64,000 nt of DNA from Desulfobacterales bacterium. GTDB lineage: Bacteria > Desulfobacterota > Desulfobacteria > Desulfobacterales > JAFDDL01. The notes beneath the pieces are model-generated. The model was given only the letters and a program-made list of their open reading frames with translations. It was not told the origin of the DNA and searched no databases. Of this stretch, positions 17,887 through 27,977 are shown in pieces; position 1 is the first letter of the stretch; each line of letters begins with the position of its first letter. The position numbers and the translations under genes were made by a program. The stretch lies in assembly GCA_034003325.1 (NCBI GenBank), contig JAVEYW010000002.1:315662-379661 (forward strand), in the 5' to 3' direction.

Positions 17887-20800
17887 CAGCGGGAAGCAAC
17901 GGCCGTCTCCGTTGTTGCTTCCGAAGCCGGCGTATTTTTGAGCGGTTCTTTGGAATGATCTCTTGCGATCAACATGTAAATCGATGGAATCACAAATAAG
18001 GTAAAGAAGGTGCCGATGGCCATGCCGCCCACGAGCACCAGGCCGATGGAGTTTCTGGCGGCAGCGCCCGCGCCGGTAACGAGCGTCAAGGGAAAGTGAC
18101 CGGCAATCGTAGCCCCGGTGGTCATCATAATGGGCCGAAGCCGAGTCAGAGCCGCTTCAAAAACCGCCTCGCGTTTGGAAAGCCCCTTGGCCTGAAGCTT
18201 GTTGGCAAATTCGACGATGAGAATGCCGTTTTTGGAGACCAACCCCACCAGGGTGACCAGCCCCACCTGGGAATAAATATTCAAGGTTGTGGTCCAGCCC
18301 TGTGTCCAAAACGGGACATTGGGGTCCGGCATTTTAAGGAAGGTAAAGATCAACGCACCGAACATTGCCAACGGTACGGATCCGGCCAAAATAACAAAGG
18401 GATCCTTAAAGCTGTTGAACTGGGCCGCCAGCACCAGAAAAATGAGCACCACGGCCAGTGCAAAGGCGGGCAGAAACTTATTGCCTTCCGCGCGAAGCTG
18501 GCGGGATTCGCCCGTGTAGTCGAGAACATACCCTTTGGGAAGAATTTTGGCCGCCTCATCTTCCAGAAAGCGTAGTGCCTCGTCCAGAGGACGTACGGCC
18601 ACCCCGCTGATCTTTACAGCATTTAGCTGTTGAAACCGGTTTAAGGACCGCGGTACCGTCGTGTTTTGAATGGAAGCTACCGTGCTAAAGGGTACAAGAT
18701 TGCCGTCCGGGCCGGTGATATAAATATCCTTGAGCTGTTCCGGGTTGAGCCGATCCATCCGCTTGATCTGAGGAATCACCTTATAGCTGCGGCCGTCGAT
18801 ATTAAAGCGGTTCACAAAATTGCCGCTCAGCATGGACGCAATGTCCGCCCCCACCTGTTCGAGACTGAGGCCCAGATCCGCTACCCGGTTCCGGTCGATC
18901 ATGAACTCGGCCTGAGGCTGATCGACTTTCACATCGATCAGCGGCGGGAAGGCAAACATGCCGCTTTGCATGGCCTTAAGCTGTATTTGTTGCGCAAAGT
19001 CAAGAATCTGTTCCGAGTCGGCGGTGGAGGCCAGGATAAATTCAACGGGAAAATCGCCGCCACCCGGAAGCGCGGGCGGCGTAACCGGAAAGATGCGAAC
19101 GCCGGGTATCGCGGAGAGCTTTTGCTGCACCTCCGGCAGGATTTGAAAAATATTGCGGTTCCGCTCATTCCAGGGAACCGTGGCCATTCCGGCAAAGCCC
19201 GATGCGGGGTTTGTCACCTGAAAGGTGTGATTCGTCTCCGGAATGCTGAAATAGGCCTCGTTGACGGCAGCAGCGGATAGACTGGTTTGATCAAGCGTGG
19301 CATTGGCCGCCGCATCGATGATGCCGAAAATAACTCCCTGATCCTCGGAAGGCGCCAGCTCCACCGGCGACATGATGAACATGGGGACGGCCAGCAGGCT
19401 GACCATCAGCCATACCAGGTAAACGGCCGGCCTGGCATTCAAGGTCGCAGTCAACAGCCGTCCGTATACCCCCTTGAATCGGTTGAAGTCACGCGAGATT
19501 TTTCCGGCGAAACCCCGCTCGGAAATGCCGGGCTTCAGTATTTTAGAAGACATCATGGGGGAGAGCGTCAGGGCAACGATTCCGGAGATCGTAACCGCGC
19601 CCGCCAATGTAAAGGCAAATTCCCTGAACAGCGACCCGGTCAGCCCGCCCTGTAATCCGATGGGCAAATACACCGCGGCCAGGGTTATGGTCATGGCAAT
19701 GATCGGTCCTACCAGTTCACGGGCGCCCAATAACGCGGCATCAACGGGCGAAAGCCCTTCGCTTAAATGCCGTTCGACGTTTTCCACCACCACGATGGCA
19801 TCATCCACGACAAGCCCCACGGAAAGAACGATGGCCAGCAACGTCAGAAGGTTGATGGTAAAGCCGAAGACCTGCATTAAAAACACCGCGCCGATTAAAG
19901 ACAGCGGAATGGCGATCACCGGAATCAATGCGGAACGAATGGACCCGAGAAACAAAAAAATGATGACGATGACGATGAGCAGCGTTTCCCCCAACGTTTT
20001 GGTCACCTCTTGAATCGCATCGGTGATATATTTGGTGCCGTCATAGGCAATGCGGGCGTCCATACCGGTGGGAAGCGATTTTTTAATATTATCCATCTCG
20101 ACGTGAATGCGTTTTAGCACATCGACCGAGTTGGCATTCGGAAGGGGCCAGATTCCCATGAAAACAGCCGTTTGTCCGTTAAACTTGACTTCCGCGTCAT
20201 AATTTTCAGCTCCCAGCACCACATCGGCGATATCTTCCAACCGAATGATGGCGCCGTTTTGCTGCCGAATGACCAGGCGCTTAAATTCCGCCAACGATTG
20301 CAAGTCCGTATTGACCGTGAGATTCACCTGAATGAGAGACCCCTTGGTGTGTCCCACTGCGGCCAGATAGTTGTTGGCGGAAAGCGCCCGGCGCACCTGC
20401 ACGGGGCTGACGTTAAACGCCGCCATGCGATCGGCTTTCAACCAAATCCGCATGGCAAAGGTTCTGCCGCCCAGAATATCGGCGCGCTGCACCCCTTCCA
20501 CCGCGGAAAGCCGGGGCTGCACAACCCGGACCAGATAATCGGTAATCTGGTTCTGCATTAACACATCGGACGTAAAACTGAGGTATGCCGATGCAATCCG
20601 GCTTTCCGCCGACTCCACATTGATGGTCGGAACCTCCGCCTCAGGCGGCAGATCGTTTCTCACCTGATCCACCTTGGCGCTGATCTCGGACAGGGCTTGA
20701 ATCGCATCGTAATTGAGTTTCAGGCGAACACTGATGGTGGATAAGCCCAGTGAGCTTTGAGATTCGATATACTCGATGCCGTCGGCTGCGGCGATGGCCC

Positions 20801-21005
20801 GCTCCAGAGGCGTGGTAATAAAGCCGCGCACCAGATCGGCGCTGGCGCCCACATAGATGGTGGTAACCGTCACCACGGAGTTTTCGTTTCGGGGGTACTG
20901 GCGCACATTCAAGGAGCGTATCGCCTGCAAGCCGGCAATGATAATCATCAAATTGATAACCAGGGCGAGCACGGGGCGTCGAACAAAAAGATCGGTAAAG
21001 TTCAT
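17886..21005 (-). CDS. RND efflux transporter permease (AcrB/HAE1-like)
   Basis: The product is ~1040 aa starting 'MNFTDLFVRRPVLALVINLMII' with a 12-TM RND architecture. The track ORF extends to 21068, but the conserved start is at 21005. Confidence 0.9.
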   Translation of the reverse strand: MNFTDLFVRRPVLALVINLMIIIAGLQAIRSLNVRQYPRNENSVVTVTTIYVGASADLVRGFITTPLERAIAAADGIEYIESQSSLGLSTISVRLKLNYDAIQALSEISAKVDQVRNDLPPEAEVPTINVESAESRIASAYLSFTSDVLMQNQITDYLVRVVQPRLSAVEGVQRADILGGRTFAMRIWLKADRMAAFNVSPVQVRRALSANNYLAAVGHTKGSLIQVNLTVNTDLQSLAEFKRLVIRQQNGAIIRLEDIADVVLGAENYDAEVKFNGQTAVFMGIWPLPNANSVDVLKRIHVEMDNIKKSLPTGMDARIAYDGTKYITDAIQEVTKTLGETLLIVIVIIFLFLGSIRSALIPVIAIPLSLIGAVFLMQVFGFTINLLTLLAIVLSVGLVVDDAIVVVENVERHLSEGLSPVDAALLGARELVGPIIAMTITLAAVYLPIGLQGGLTGSLFREFAFTLAGAVTISGIVALTLSPMMSSKILKPGISERGFAGKISRDFNRFKGVYGRLLTATLNARPAVYLVWLMVSLLAVPMFIMSPVELAPSEDQGVIFGIIDAAANATLDQTSLSAAAVNEAYFSIPETNHTFQVTNPASGFAGMATVPWNERNRNIFQILPEVQQKLSAIPGVRIFPVTPPALPGGGDFPVEFILASTADSEQILDFAQQIQLKAMQSGMFAFPPLIDVKVDQPQAEFMIDRNRVADLGLSLEQVGADIASMLSGNFVNRFNIDGRSYKVIPQIKRMDRLNPEQLKDIYITGPDGNLVPFSTVASIQNTTVPRSLNRFQQLNAVKISGVAVRPLDEALRFLEDEAAKILPKGYVLDYTGESRQLRAEGNKFLPAFALAVVLIFLVLAAQFNSFKDPFVILAGSVPLAMFGALIFTFLKMPDPNVPFWTQGWTTTLNIYSQVGLVTLVGLVSKNGILIVEFANKLQAKGLSKREAVFEAALTRLRPIMMTTGATIAGHFPLTLVTGAGAAARNSIGLVLVGGMAIGTFFTLFVIPSIYMLIARDHSKEPLKNTPASEATTETAVASR

Positions 21006-21006
21006 G

Positions 21007-22143
21007 TTATGCGTCCGCCGGTGTCGGTGATTTCTTGAATTCGGGCGAAAGCGTATTGTCCACCACAACGGCCTGGCCGTTTCTCAGCTTGAATACGCCG
21101 GTGCTGACAACCGTCTCCCCGCCTTTCAGGCCCGAGACTACCGAAACAAAATCACCGCGCTTTTCGCCGGTTCGAATAAACTGCTGGCGCAAAAACAGGC
21201 CCGATGAGGCCGCTCCTTCCGCTTTTTTCTCCTCCACCACGAAAACGGAATCGCCGTACGGCGCATACAACACCGCAGTGGCCGGTACCGCAAGGACCTC
21301 AACCGTTTCCGGCAACACCAGCGTGACATTGACGTACATACCGGGCCGCAGATTTTCTTCCGGATTGGCCACTGTGGCTTGAATGCGGAAATTACGCGTG
21401 GCATCGTCCACCAGGGGGTTGATGGTCGTAATTACTCCCTCAACCATTTGCCCGGGAAGCGCATCCATGGCCAACCGCACGCGCAACCCTTTTTTCACCT
21501 GAGCAAGTTGTTGTTGCGGCATCAGGAAATTGGCATAAATCGGATCCATGGTTTGCAAGGTCACGATCGGCTCGCCTTCCTTGAGATTCTGGCCCAGATT
21601 CACTTGCCGAATGCCCAGACGCCCGGAAAAAGGCGCCCGAATGGTTTTTTTGGCAACGATCGCGTTAATGTTGTCCAATTGCGCTTCGGCCTGTTTGAAC
21701 TGCGTGTCTGCGTTATCGAAAGTCGACTGGGAAATGGTTTTGGTCGCCACCAATTCCCGGGCACGCGCCAGGTTCAACCGGGCAAGCGCCACAGCCGCCT
21801 CGGCCGCTCTCTGCTGCGCCAATTCAACGGAGGTGTCTTGTTGCACCAGAAGCTCTCCGGCGGAAACCTTTGTTCCCGGCTCAAAGGCGATGCGTACCAC
21901 CTTTCCGGGAAGCTCCGCTGTGACCTCCACCCCCTGCACCGCTTCAAGCGAACCGACCGCGGTTAAAAAAGACTCCCACCGATCGGCTTTCACCCCGGCC
22001 GTTGTAACGACGCCCGGCGGCGGCACAAAATTTTGCCCCTGAGCAATCATTCCCTTGATTTGGAAATACTTGGCGCCGGCCAAGGCACCGACCACGACAG
22101 CCAAACCCAGCAGGGCAAGCACGATTCGTTTAAACAGGAACAT
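21007..22143 (-). CDS. RND efflux periplasmic adaptor (MFP) subunit
   Basis: A signal-anchor 'MFLFKRIVLALLGLAVVVGALAG' is followed by a coiled-coil hairpin and beta-barrel motifs. It lies immediately upstream of the RND pump. Confidence 0.85.
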   Translation of the reverse strand: MFLFKRIVLALLGLAVVVGALAGAKYFQIKGMIAQGQNFVPPPGVVTTAGVKADRWESFLTAVGSLEAVQGVEVTAELPGKVVRIAFEPGTKVSAGELLVQQDTSVELAQQRAAEAAVALARLNLARARELVATKTISQSTFDNADTQFKQAEAQLDNINAIVAKKTIRAPFSGRLGIRQVNLGQNLKEGEPIVTLQTMDPIYANFLMPQQQLAQVKKGLRVRLAMDALPGQMVEGVITTINPLVDDATRNFRIQATVANPEENLRPGMYVNVTLVLPETVEVLAVPATAVLYAPYGDSVFVVEEKKAEGAASSGLFLRQQFIRTGEKRGDFVSVVSGLKGGETVVSTGVFKLRNGQAVVVDNTLSPEFKKSPTPADA

Positions 22144-22342
22144 AAGTTTGTTTGCCGGCCTGTTGATGCCGGCCTCCGGTTTGTAGCGTTGATGCAACTT
22201 GGACGATAACGAAAAAATCGAAAACGGTCTGTGGCCTTTCAATAAGTTTTTCTTAATACAAGATTTGCTGAACACATTCAAGGAAATTGAGCCATTCCCC
22301 TTGCATTCTGCGGGATCGCGTGAGCCTCCGTGGCAATTTTAT

Positions 22343-23470
22343 TTACGACAATGTTTTCTTGAATCGCACCGAGGCGATCAGAATAAACGACAAGGACAAA
22401 AGGCTTTGGGCGATGATCTCGGGCCAGAGGATCTCAATGCCCACGCCCTTCATAACGATACCCCTTAGCACCTGAAGGAACCATCGCATGGGGTTTAAAA
22501 AGGTGGCGTATTGAACCGATTCGGGCATGTTATGAATCGGAAACATGAACCCGCTGAGCATGACACAGGGCATCATCACCAGAAAGCTGGTCAGCATCGC
22601 CTGCTGCTGGGTCGATGCCGAAGCGCTGATGATCAACGCAATGCCCATATTGCCGCATAAATAGATGCCCGCCAGAAGGTAGAGAAGGAGAAAGCTGCCC
22701 TTTACATGGACGCCGAACACGATCATCGCAGCCAAGAGCATAATCGTCATGGAGATGTAGCCAGTGATCATATAGGGGATGGTCTTTCCCAGAATAAACT
22801 CGATGCCGCGAATCGGCGTCACCATCACCTGTTCGATGGTGCCGATTTCTTTTTCCTTCACGATGCCGATACTGGTCAGCAGCAGGCTGAAGATAAAAAG
22901 CATCACCGCGATCAAAGACGGAACATAGTAATATTTACTTTCCTGGTTGGGATTGAACCAGGCCCGGGCAACGGTTTCAACCGGCACGGGATCGGCTTGA
23001 AGGCCGGATGCCACCACCTGTTCCAGGCGCAGTTGGTTGAAATGGGCGGCGACGATCGAATTGGCGTACCCGAGGGCGATGCCGGTGCTGTTGCTGTCCG
23101 TTCCATCGGTAATGATCTGCACGGCGGCGGAGCGGCCGGAGGAGATCGCTGTTTCAAAGCCTGAGGGAATTTGAAGGATGGCCCTGACCTCCCCGCGATC
23201 CATCAGCGGCGCAATTTCCCGCTGCGATACGAGATACCGGGAGATCCGGAAATAACCGCCCCCACTAAAATCCGCGATCAGTGCTCTGGATGCGGGCGTT
23301 TTATCCATATCGAGCACGGCCGTGCGAATGTTCATAACATCCGTTGTCAGCGCAAACGCCATGACCATCATTTGCACCACTGGAAGCCCGAAAATCACCA
23401 CCCGCATGCGCGGATCCCTGAGCATCTGCAAAAATTCCTTCACGAGCATTCGTTTGATGCGCTGAATCAA
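22343..23470 (-). CDS. ABC-2 type transporter permease (YbhR/YbhS-like)
   Basis: The product is 375 aa with an N-terminal TM, a large periplasmic loop and a C-terminal ABC-2 membrane domain. Confidence 0.85.
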   Translation of the reverse strand: MIQRIKRMLVKEFLQMLRDPRMRVVIFGLPVVQMMVMAFALTTDVMNIRTAVLDMDKTPASRALIADFSGGGYFRISRYLVSQREIAPLMDRGEVRAILQIPSGFETAISSGRSAAVQIITDGTDSNSTGIALGYANSIVAAHFNQLRLEQVVASGLQADPVPVETVARAWFNPNQESKYYYVPSLIAVMLFIFSLLLTSIGIVKEKEIGTIEQVMVTPIRGIEFILGKTIPYMITGYISMTIMLLAAMIVFGVHVKGSFLLLYLLAGIYLCGNMGIALIISASASTQQQAMLTSFLVMMPCVMLSGFMFPIHNMPESVQYATFLNPMRWFLQVLRGIVMKGVGIEILWPEIIAQSLLSLSFILIASVRFKKTLS

Positions 23471-23474
23471 GGGC

Positions 23475-24608
23475 TTACTCCAGCTTGAAGTTGAATTTGC
23501 GGTTGGCCAACGCCACCATGATCACCGTGTAAAAGCCCAGGAGTAAGGCATCGAGCCAGAGAATCTCCAGCCCGATGCCCTTCAGATAAATACCGCGCAA
23601 AATAGTGATAAAATAACGGGCCGGAACGATGTAGGTGAGGCATTGAATCGGAACGGGCATATTGTCAATGGCGAACACAAATCCGCTTAGAATCAGGGTC
23701 GGCAAAAACCCAGCCACAATGGCGATCTGATTGGCCATTACCTGGGATTTTAGTATGATGCTCAGCGTCATGCCGAAAAAAAGGGCGCCGGTGAGAAATA
23801 GGGCCGATAGGGCAAATAGAAGGCCCGCGTTTCCCACAACGGGCACATCAAAGATCCACTTGCCCATCGCAACGGCAAGGGCGACATCCGATAAGCCGAT
23901 GACAAAATAGGGTATCACCTTGCCGAAAATCAACTCCGGGCCCCGCAAGGGGGTGCTGATCAGTTGTTCCATGGTGCCGGTTTCCCACTCGCGGGCGATG
24001 GTGACACTGGTCAGCATCGCCGCTACAACGATCATCACCAGGGCGATGATCCCCGGAATCAGCACATTCTGACTTCTTAAATCCGGATTGTACCAGGCGC
24101 GCTGAATCAGTTCTACGGGTTGGACCCGATCGCCCATGCCGGATAGTCGTATGCGGTTGATGGCGATATCGGTTGAATAAATGATTCCCACGCCTTCGGC
24201 ATAGCTCATGGCAAGCCGGGAGGTATTGGCATCACTGCCGTCAGCAATCACCTGAATGCCGACGGGTTTTCCGGCATGCACCCGGTTCGCGAAATCACCG
24301 GGCACGATGATGGCGAGCATGGCGCTTCCCCGGTCCAGCGCGCTCTGAAGATCCCGGTAATTATCGCCGTACGCGGTGACGGCAAAATAGGGAGAGCCTT
24401 GAAACAAACTCAGCAACTCCCGGCTTTCCGGTGTGCGGGACTGATCCCAAATCACCGTGGGCACGTGTCTCAGATCCAACGTCAAGGCATATCCATAGAG
24501 CAAAATCAGGAAAATCGGAATGGCGACGGCAAGAAACAGGCTTCGCCAGTCTCGAAGGACATGAATAAATTCTTTTCTGGCAACGGCCAACAGGCGTATG
24601 GGGTTCAT
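23475..24608 (-). CDS. ABC-2 type transporter permease (YbhS/YbhR-like)
   Basis: It is a paralogue of the neighbouring permease. Its start overlaps the stop of the ATPase gene (ATGA). Confidence 0.85.
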   Translation of the reverse strand: MNPIRLLAVARKEFIHVLRDWRSLFLAVAIPIFLILLYGYALTLDLRHVPTVIWDQSRTPESRELLSLFQGSPYFAVTAYGDNYRDLQSALDRGSAMLAIIVPGDFANRVHAGKPVGIQVIADGSDANTSRLAMSYAEGVGIIYSTDIAINRIRLSGMGDRVQPVELIQRAWYNPDLRSQNVLIPGIIALVMIVVAAMLTSVTIAREWETGTMEQLISTPLRGPELIFGKVIPYFVIGLSDVALAVAMGKWIFDVPVVGNAGLLFALSALFLTGALFFGMTLSIILKSQVMANQIAIVAGFLPTLILSGFVFAIDNMPVPIQCLTYIVPARYFITILRGIYLKGIGLEILWLDALLLGFYTVIMVALANRKFNFKLE

Positions 24609-26575
24609 TCTGCCAGCCTCCCTTTTCCCGCTTTTTCCGCGGCCGCCCGGTTGACCTGCTCGATCAGGGAGACGAAAACATCTTCCATGCCGGGCGGTAT
24701 GATTTCCAAGGAGGTGGTTTCAATTCCCAGCGCTTTCATCTTTTCCGTGATCGCCCGTTTTGCCGCCGCGGCGTTTCCGGTCACAAGATGAAGCCCTGCA
24801 CCGAAGAGGGCCACATCCCGAACCTCGGGCAAAGCTGAAAGCGGCTCAATGAGCACTTGCGGTGCCGCACACCGAAGATCCAAAATCTGATCCCGCATGA
24901 AACGGGTTTTCAGTTCCATGGGCGTTCCCATGGCGATCATGTTGCCGCCGTAGATCAGCGCGATCCGGTCGCAGTACTCCGCCTCTTCCATATAGTGCGT
25001 GGTCACAAAGATCGTGATGCCCCGATCCGCCATGTCATAAATCATCTCCCAAAAGCGCCGTCTGCTGATGGGGTCCACGCCGCTGGTGGGCTCATCGAGA
25101 AAGAGGATGGGCGGCTCGTGAAGAATGGCACACGCCAGCGCCAGACGCTGCTTCCATCCCCCGCTGAGAACCGCGGTCAGGCTGGTGCGATGCGCCTTTA
25201 GTCCCGCCATATTTACCGCCCATTCTTTCCGTGCCGAAAGGGCTGCGCGGGATAGCCCGTATATGCCGCCATAAAAATCGATATTTTCCGTCACGGTCAG
25301 ATCTTCATACAGGGAAAATTTCTGACTCATATACCCGATATGCCGTTTGATCTGCTCCGCCTCGCGCCCGACATCATAGCCGGCGACTGTTCCGCCGCCG
25401 GAAGAGGGCTTCAGCAATCCGCACAGCATGCGAATGGTAGTGCTTTTCCCGGCGCCGTTGGGACCGAGAAACCCGAAAATCTCGCCTTTGGGTACTTTGA
25501 AACTCACATCGTTCACCGCCGTGAAGTCCCCGAAGCGGCGGGTCAGATGATCTACCGTTACGGCCGGCGGCGCGGGTTTAGTCTCAGCAAGACGTGCGGA
25601 AGCCAAATTCGAACCAACTTCAGCCTCCGTTTCAGGCGGTGTTGCCTCCCCATCCCCCAGCACGCTGACAAACACATCCTCCAGGCTCGGGAGCACCTCC
25701 CGAATCTCATCATGGGCAAGCCCTGCCGTTGCCATCATCTTTTGAGCCGTTTCTTTCATTTTTTCCGCATCGGCGCAGACCAGGTGGACCGTATCGCCAA
25801 ACACATTGACGCTCAGCGCGAAAGGCGCATGTTGAAGCAATCGATGAATGGTTCTGGCCTGGCTGCTTCGAATTGCCAGAATTTTTCCGCGCATGAGCTG
25901 TTTGATTTCGGCCGGCGTGCCAAGGGCGATGATTTTTCCGTGATCCATCAGCGCCAGCCTGTCGCAACGCTCGGCCTCGTCCAGATAAGCCGTCGTTACC
26001 AGTATCGAAACATTTTCCTTGAGCAACTGGTAAAGAATTCGCCAGAAATCCCGACGGCTCACCGGATCAACCCCATTGGTCGGCTCATCGAGAAGCAGCA
26101 CGCGCGGGATATGAATGAGCGCGCAAACGAGTTGAAGCTTTTGCTTCATTCCGCCGGACAGATTCCCGGCCCGTCGCTTTTTAAAGGGGCGCATTTGGCT
26201 GAAATCAAGCAGTTCATCCACGCGCGTGTCTCTGCCCTTTTGGGGCACGCCGTAAAGATCGGCATAAAAGCCGATATTTTCCATCACGGTCAAATCCGGG
26301 TAAAGCCCGAACTTCTGGCTCATGTAAGCCAGAGAATCTTTTACGGCGAACGCCTCGGTGGCGACATCGAATCCGGCGATGCTCGCCTTTCCGGTGCTCG
26401 GCGCCATAATGCTTGCAAGCATTCGAAGGGTTGATGTTTTTCCGGCGCCGTCCGGCCCCACCAGGCCGAAAATTTCCCCCGCATTCACATGAAAACTAAC
26501 ATCCTTCACCGCCGTGACGTCACCGAAGCGTTTCGTGAGAAGCTCCGCTCGAATCGCCGGCGTGTTTTCCGCCAT
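24605..26575 (-). CDS. ABC transporter ATP-binding protein with two fused nucleotide-binding domains (YbhF-like)
   Basis: There are two Walker A sites ('GPDGAGKTS', 'GPNGAGKST') and two signature motifs ('LSGGMKQKL', 'LSGGWKQRL'). Confidence 0.9.
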   Translation of the reverse strand: MAENTPAIRAELLTKRFGDVTAVKDVSFHVNAGEIFGLVGPDGAGKTSTLRMLASIMAPSTGKASIAGFDVATEAFAVKDSLAYMSQKFGLYPDLTVMENIGFYADLYGVPQKGRDTRVDELLDFSQMRPFKKRRAGNLSGGMKQKLQLVCALIHIPRVLLLDEPTNGVDPVSRRDFWRILYQLLKENVSILVTTAYLDEAERCDRLALMDHGKIIALGTPAEIKQLMRGKILAIRSSQARTIHRLLQHAPFALSVNVFGDTVHLVCADAEKMKETAQKMMATAGLAHDEIREVLPSLEDVFVSVLGDGEATPPETEAEVGSNLASARLAETKPAPPAVTVDHLTRRFGDFTAVNDVSFKVPKGEIFGFLGPNGAGKSTTIRMLCGLLKPSSGGGTVAGYDVGREAEQIKRHIGYMSQKFSLYEDLTVTENIDFYGGIYGLSRAALSARKEWAVNMAGLKAHRTSLTAVLSGGWKQRLALACAILHEPPILFLDEPTSGVDPISRRRFWEMIYDMADRGITIFVTTHYMEEAEYCDRIALIYGGNMIAMGTPMELKTRFMRDQILDLRCAAPQVLIEPLSALPEVRDVALFGAGLHLVTGNAAAAKRAITEKMKALGIETTSLEIIPPGMEDVFVSLIEQVNRAAAEKAGKGRLAE

Positions 26576-26579
26576 GGCC

Positions 26580-27782
26580 CTAATCCCTTGCCGAGGAGGC
26601 GGTTAGTGATATCTCGGCATCGGCCGGCATTCCCGGCTTCAAGTCTTCGGCTGAATTTTCCACCTCGATCTTGATGCGAAACATCAGTTTCACACGCTCT
26701 TCAAAGGTTTGGACGGCCTTGGGCGTAAATTCCGCCTGACTGCCGATAAAACTGACACGTCCGGAATAGGTTTTTCCCGGAAACGAATCAGTCGTAAGGG
26801 TGGCCGGATCATTCAGGTGAATCCTTCCGATATCCTTTTCGTTAATATAAGCTCTTAGCCAGGGATGGTGAATATCTCCGATCAAGACCACGGGGGCGGC
26901 GGGATTCAAGTACTCCCCGGGTTCGGCGGACTTACTGAGGACACGTCCTGCCATGGGAGAGAAAAGCTCGGTGTACGCCAGCTGCTGTTTTGCCTGGTTG
27001 AGGCGTTCTTCTGCAGCCTTGGCTTCGGCCGCGGCCTGAGATATTTTCTCTTTTCTCGGGCCTTCCTTAACCAACGAATACTGCGCCTCGGCCGCTTTCA
27101 GGGCGGCACGGGCATTGTCAATCTGCTCCTGCCGCGGGCCTTCCACTCGCAGACTAAGCCCTTCGGAAGCACTTTTCAACACCGCCAGTGCTTCGTTTTC
27201 GGCATTTTTAGCGCTTTCATACCGGGTGCGAACCAACTCATATTGCTCCTGACTGACTCCGCCGTCCTTGAAAAGGTCCTTGTAGCGATGATAATCCGCC
27301 TTTGCCTGATCAAGCTGAACCTCGGCGGTTTTTACCAGGGCGGCGGCCCTGGCCCGCTCGGCCCTCGCGCTTTCAATTTCCTGCTTTCGGCTGCCGTTGG
27401 TCAGCTCGGCCAGTAAGGCTTTTGCTTGCAGCATATTGGCAAAGGAGCGTTCGATCTCGGCAGGCCGGCTGCCCGCCTCAAGTTCCGAAAGAACCGCTTG
27501 GGCATGGGCGAGATTTGCCGCGGCAGCCGCAACGGCAATTTCCTGATCCGTTTTTTCAAGGGTTGCGATCAACTGCCCTTTAGCCACCCGATCCCCTTCG
27601 TCGACAAGGCGCTTTTCAAGCCGGCCGGGAATCCTGAAACTCATCTGCGCATCGGTCACCTCGATATTTCCCGAAACCCGAAGTGGGCCTGCCTTGTTTT
27701 GTCCCTTTAGATAGTTGAATCCGATCCGCCCGCCGGCAAGGATCAAAACCAGCACCATCATCAATCGCAACCATTTCTTCAT
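26580..27782 (-). CDS. HlyD-family secretion/adaptor protein (YbhG-like)
   Basis: It has a signal-anchor, a long Ala/Glu-rich coiled coil and C-terminal beta domains. It is the first gene of the ABC efflux block. Confidence 0.85.
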   Translation of the reverse strand: MKKWLRLMMVLVLILAGGRIGFNYLKGQNKAGPLRVSGNIEVTDAQMSFRIPGRLEKRLVDEGDRVAKGQLIATLEKTDQEIAVAAAAANLAHAQAVLSELEAGSRPAEIERSFANMLQAKALLAELTNGSRKQEIESARAERARAAALVKTAEVQLDQAKADYHRYKDLFKDGGVSQEQYELVRTRYESAKNAENEALAVLKSASEGLSLRVEGPRQEQIDNARAALKAAEAQYSLVKEGPRKEKISQAAAEAKAAEERLNQAKQQLAYTELFSPMAGRVLSKSAEPGEYLNPAAPVVLIGDIHHPWLRAYINEKDIGRIHLNDPATLTTDSFPGKTYSGRVSFIGSQAEFTPKAVQTFEERVKLMFRIKIEVENSAEDLKPGMPADAEISLTASSARD

Positions 27783-27977
27783 GACACCTCCAGGGGCACG
27801 GTGATTAAGACCTTAGCGCTATCCGTAACGGCAAAAAAAGCAACCCCATCCTAATGCCTTCATGGAATGCCTGTCAATGAGAGGTTCGCCACACGCGCGG
27901 TCTAACCAGAAAACGCATGCGCGGTTGCGAAGTCGGGGGTTATGACATATGGATATCTAAAAAAGGAGCAGCGATTA

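Noticed and set aside
25340-26434. A 364-aa ORF antisense to the double-NBD ABC ATPase.
   Set aside because: The opposite strand encodes unmistakable Walker A and signature motifs, so this antisense frame is a GC-driven open frame.
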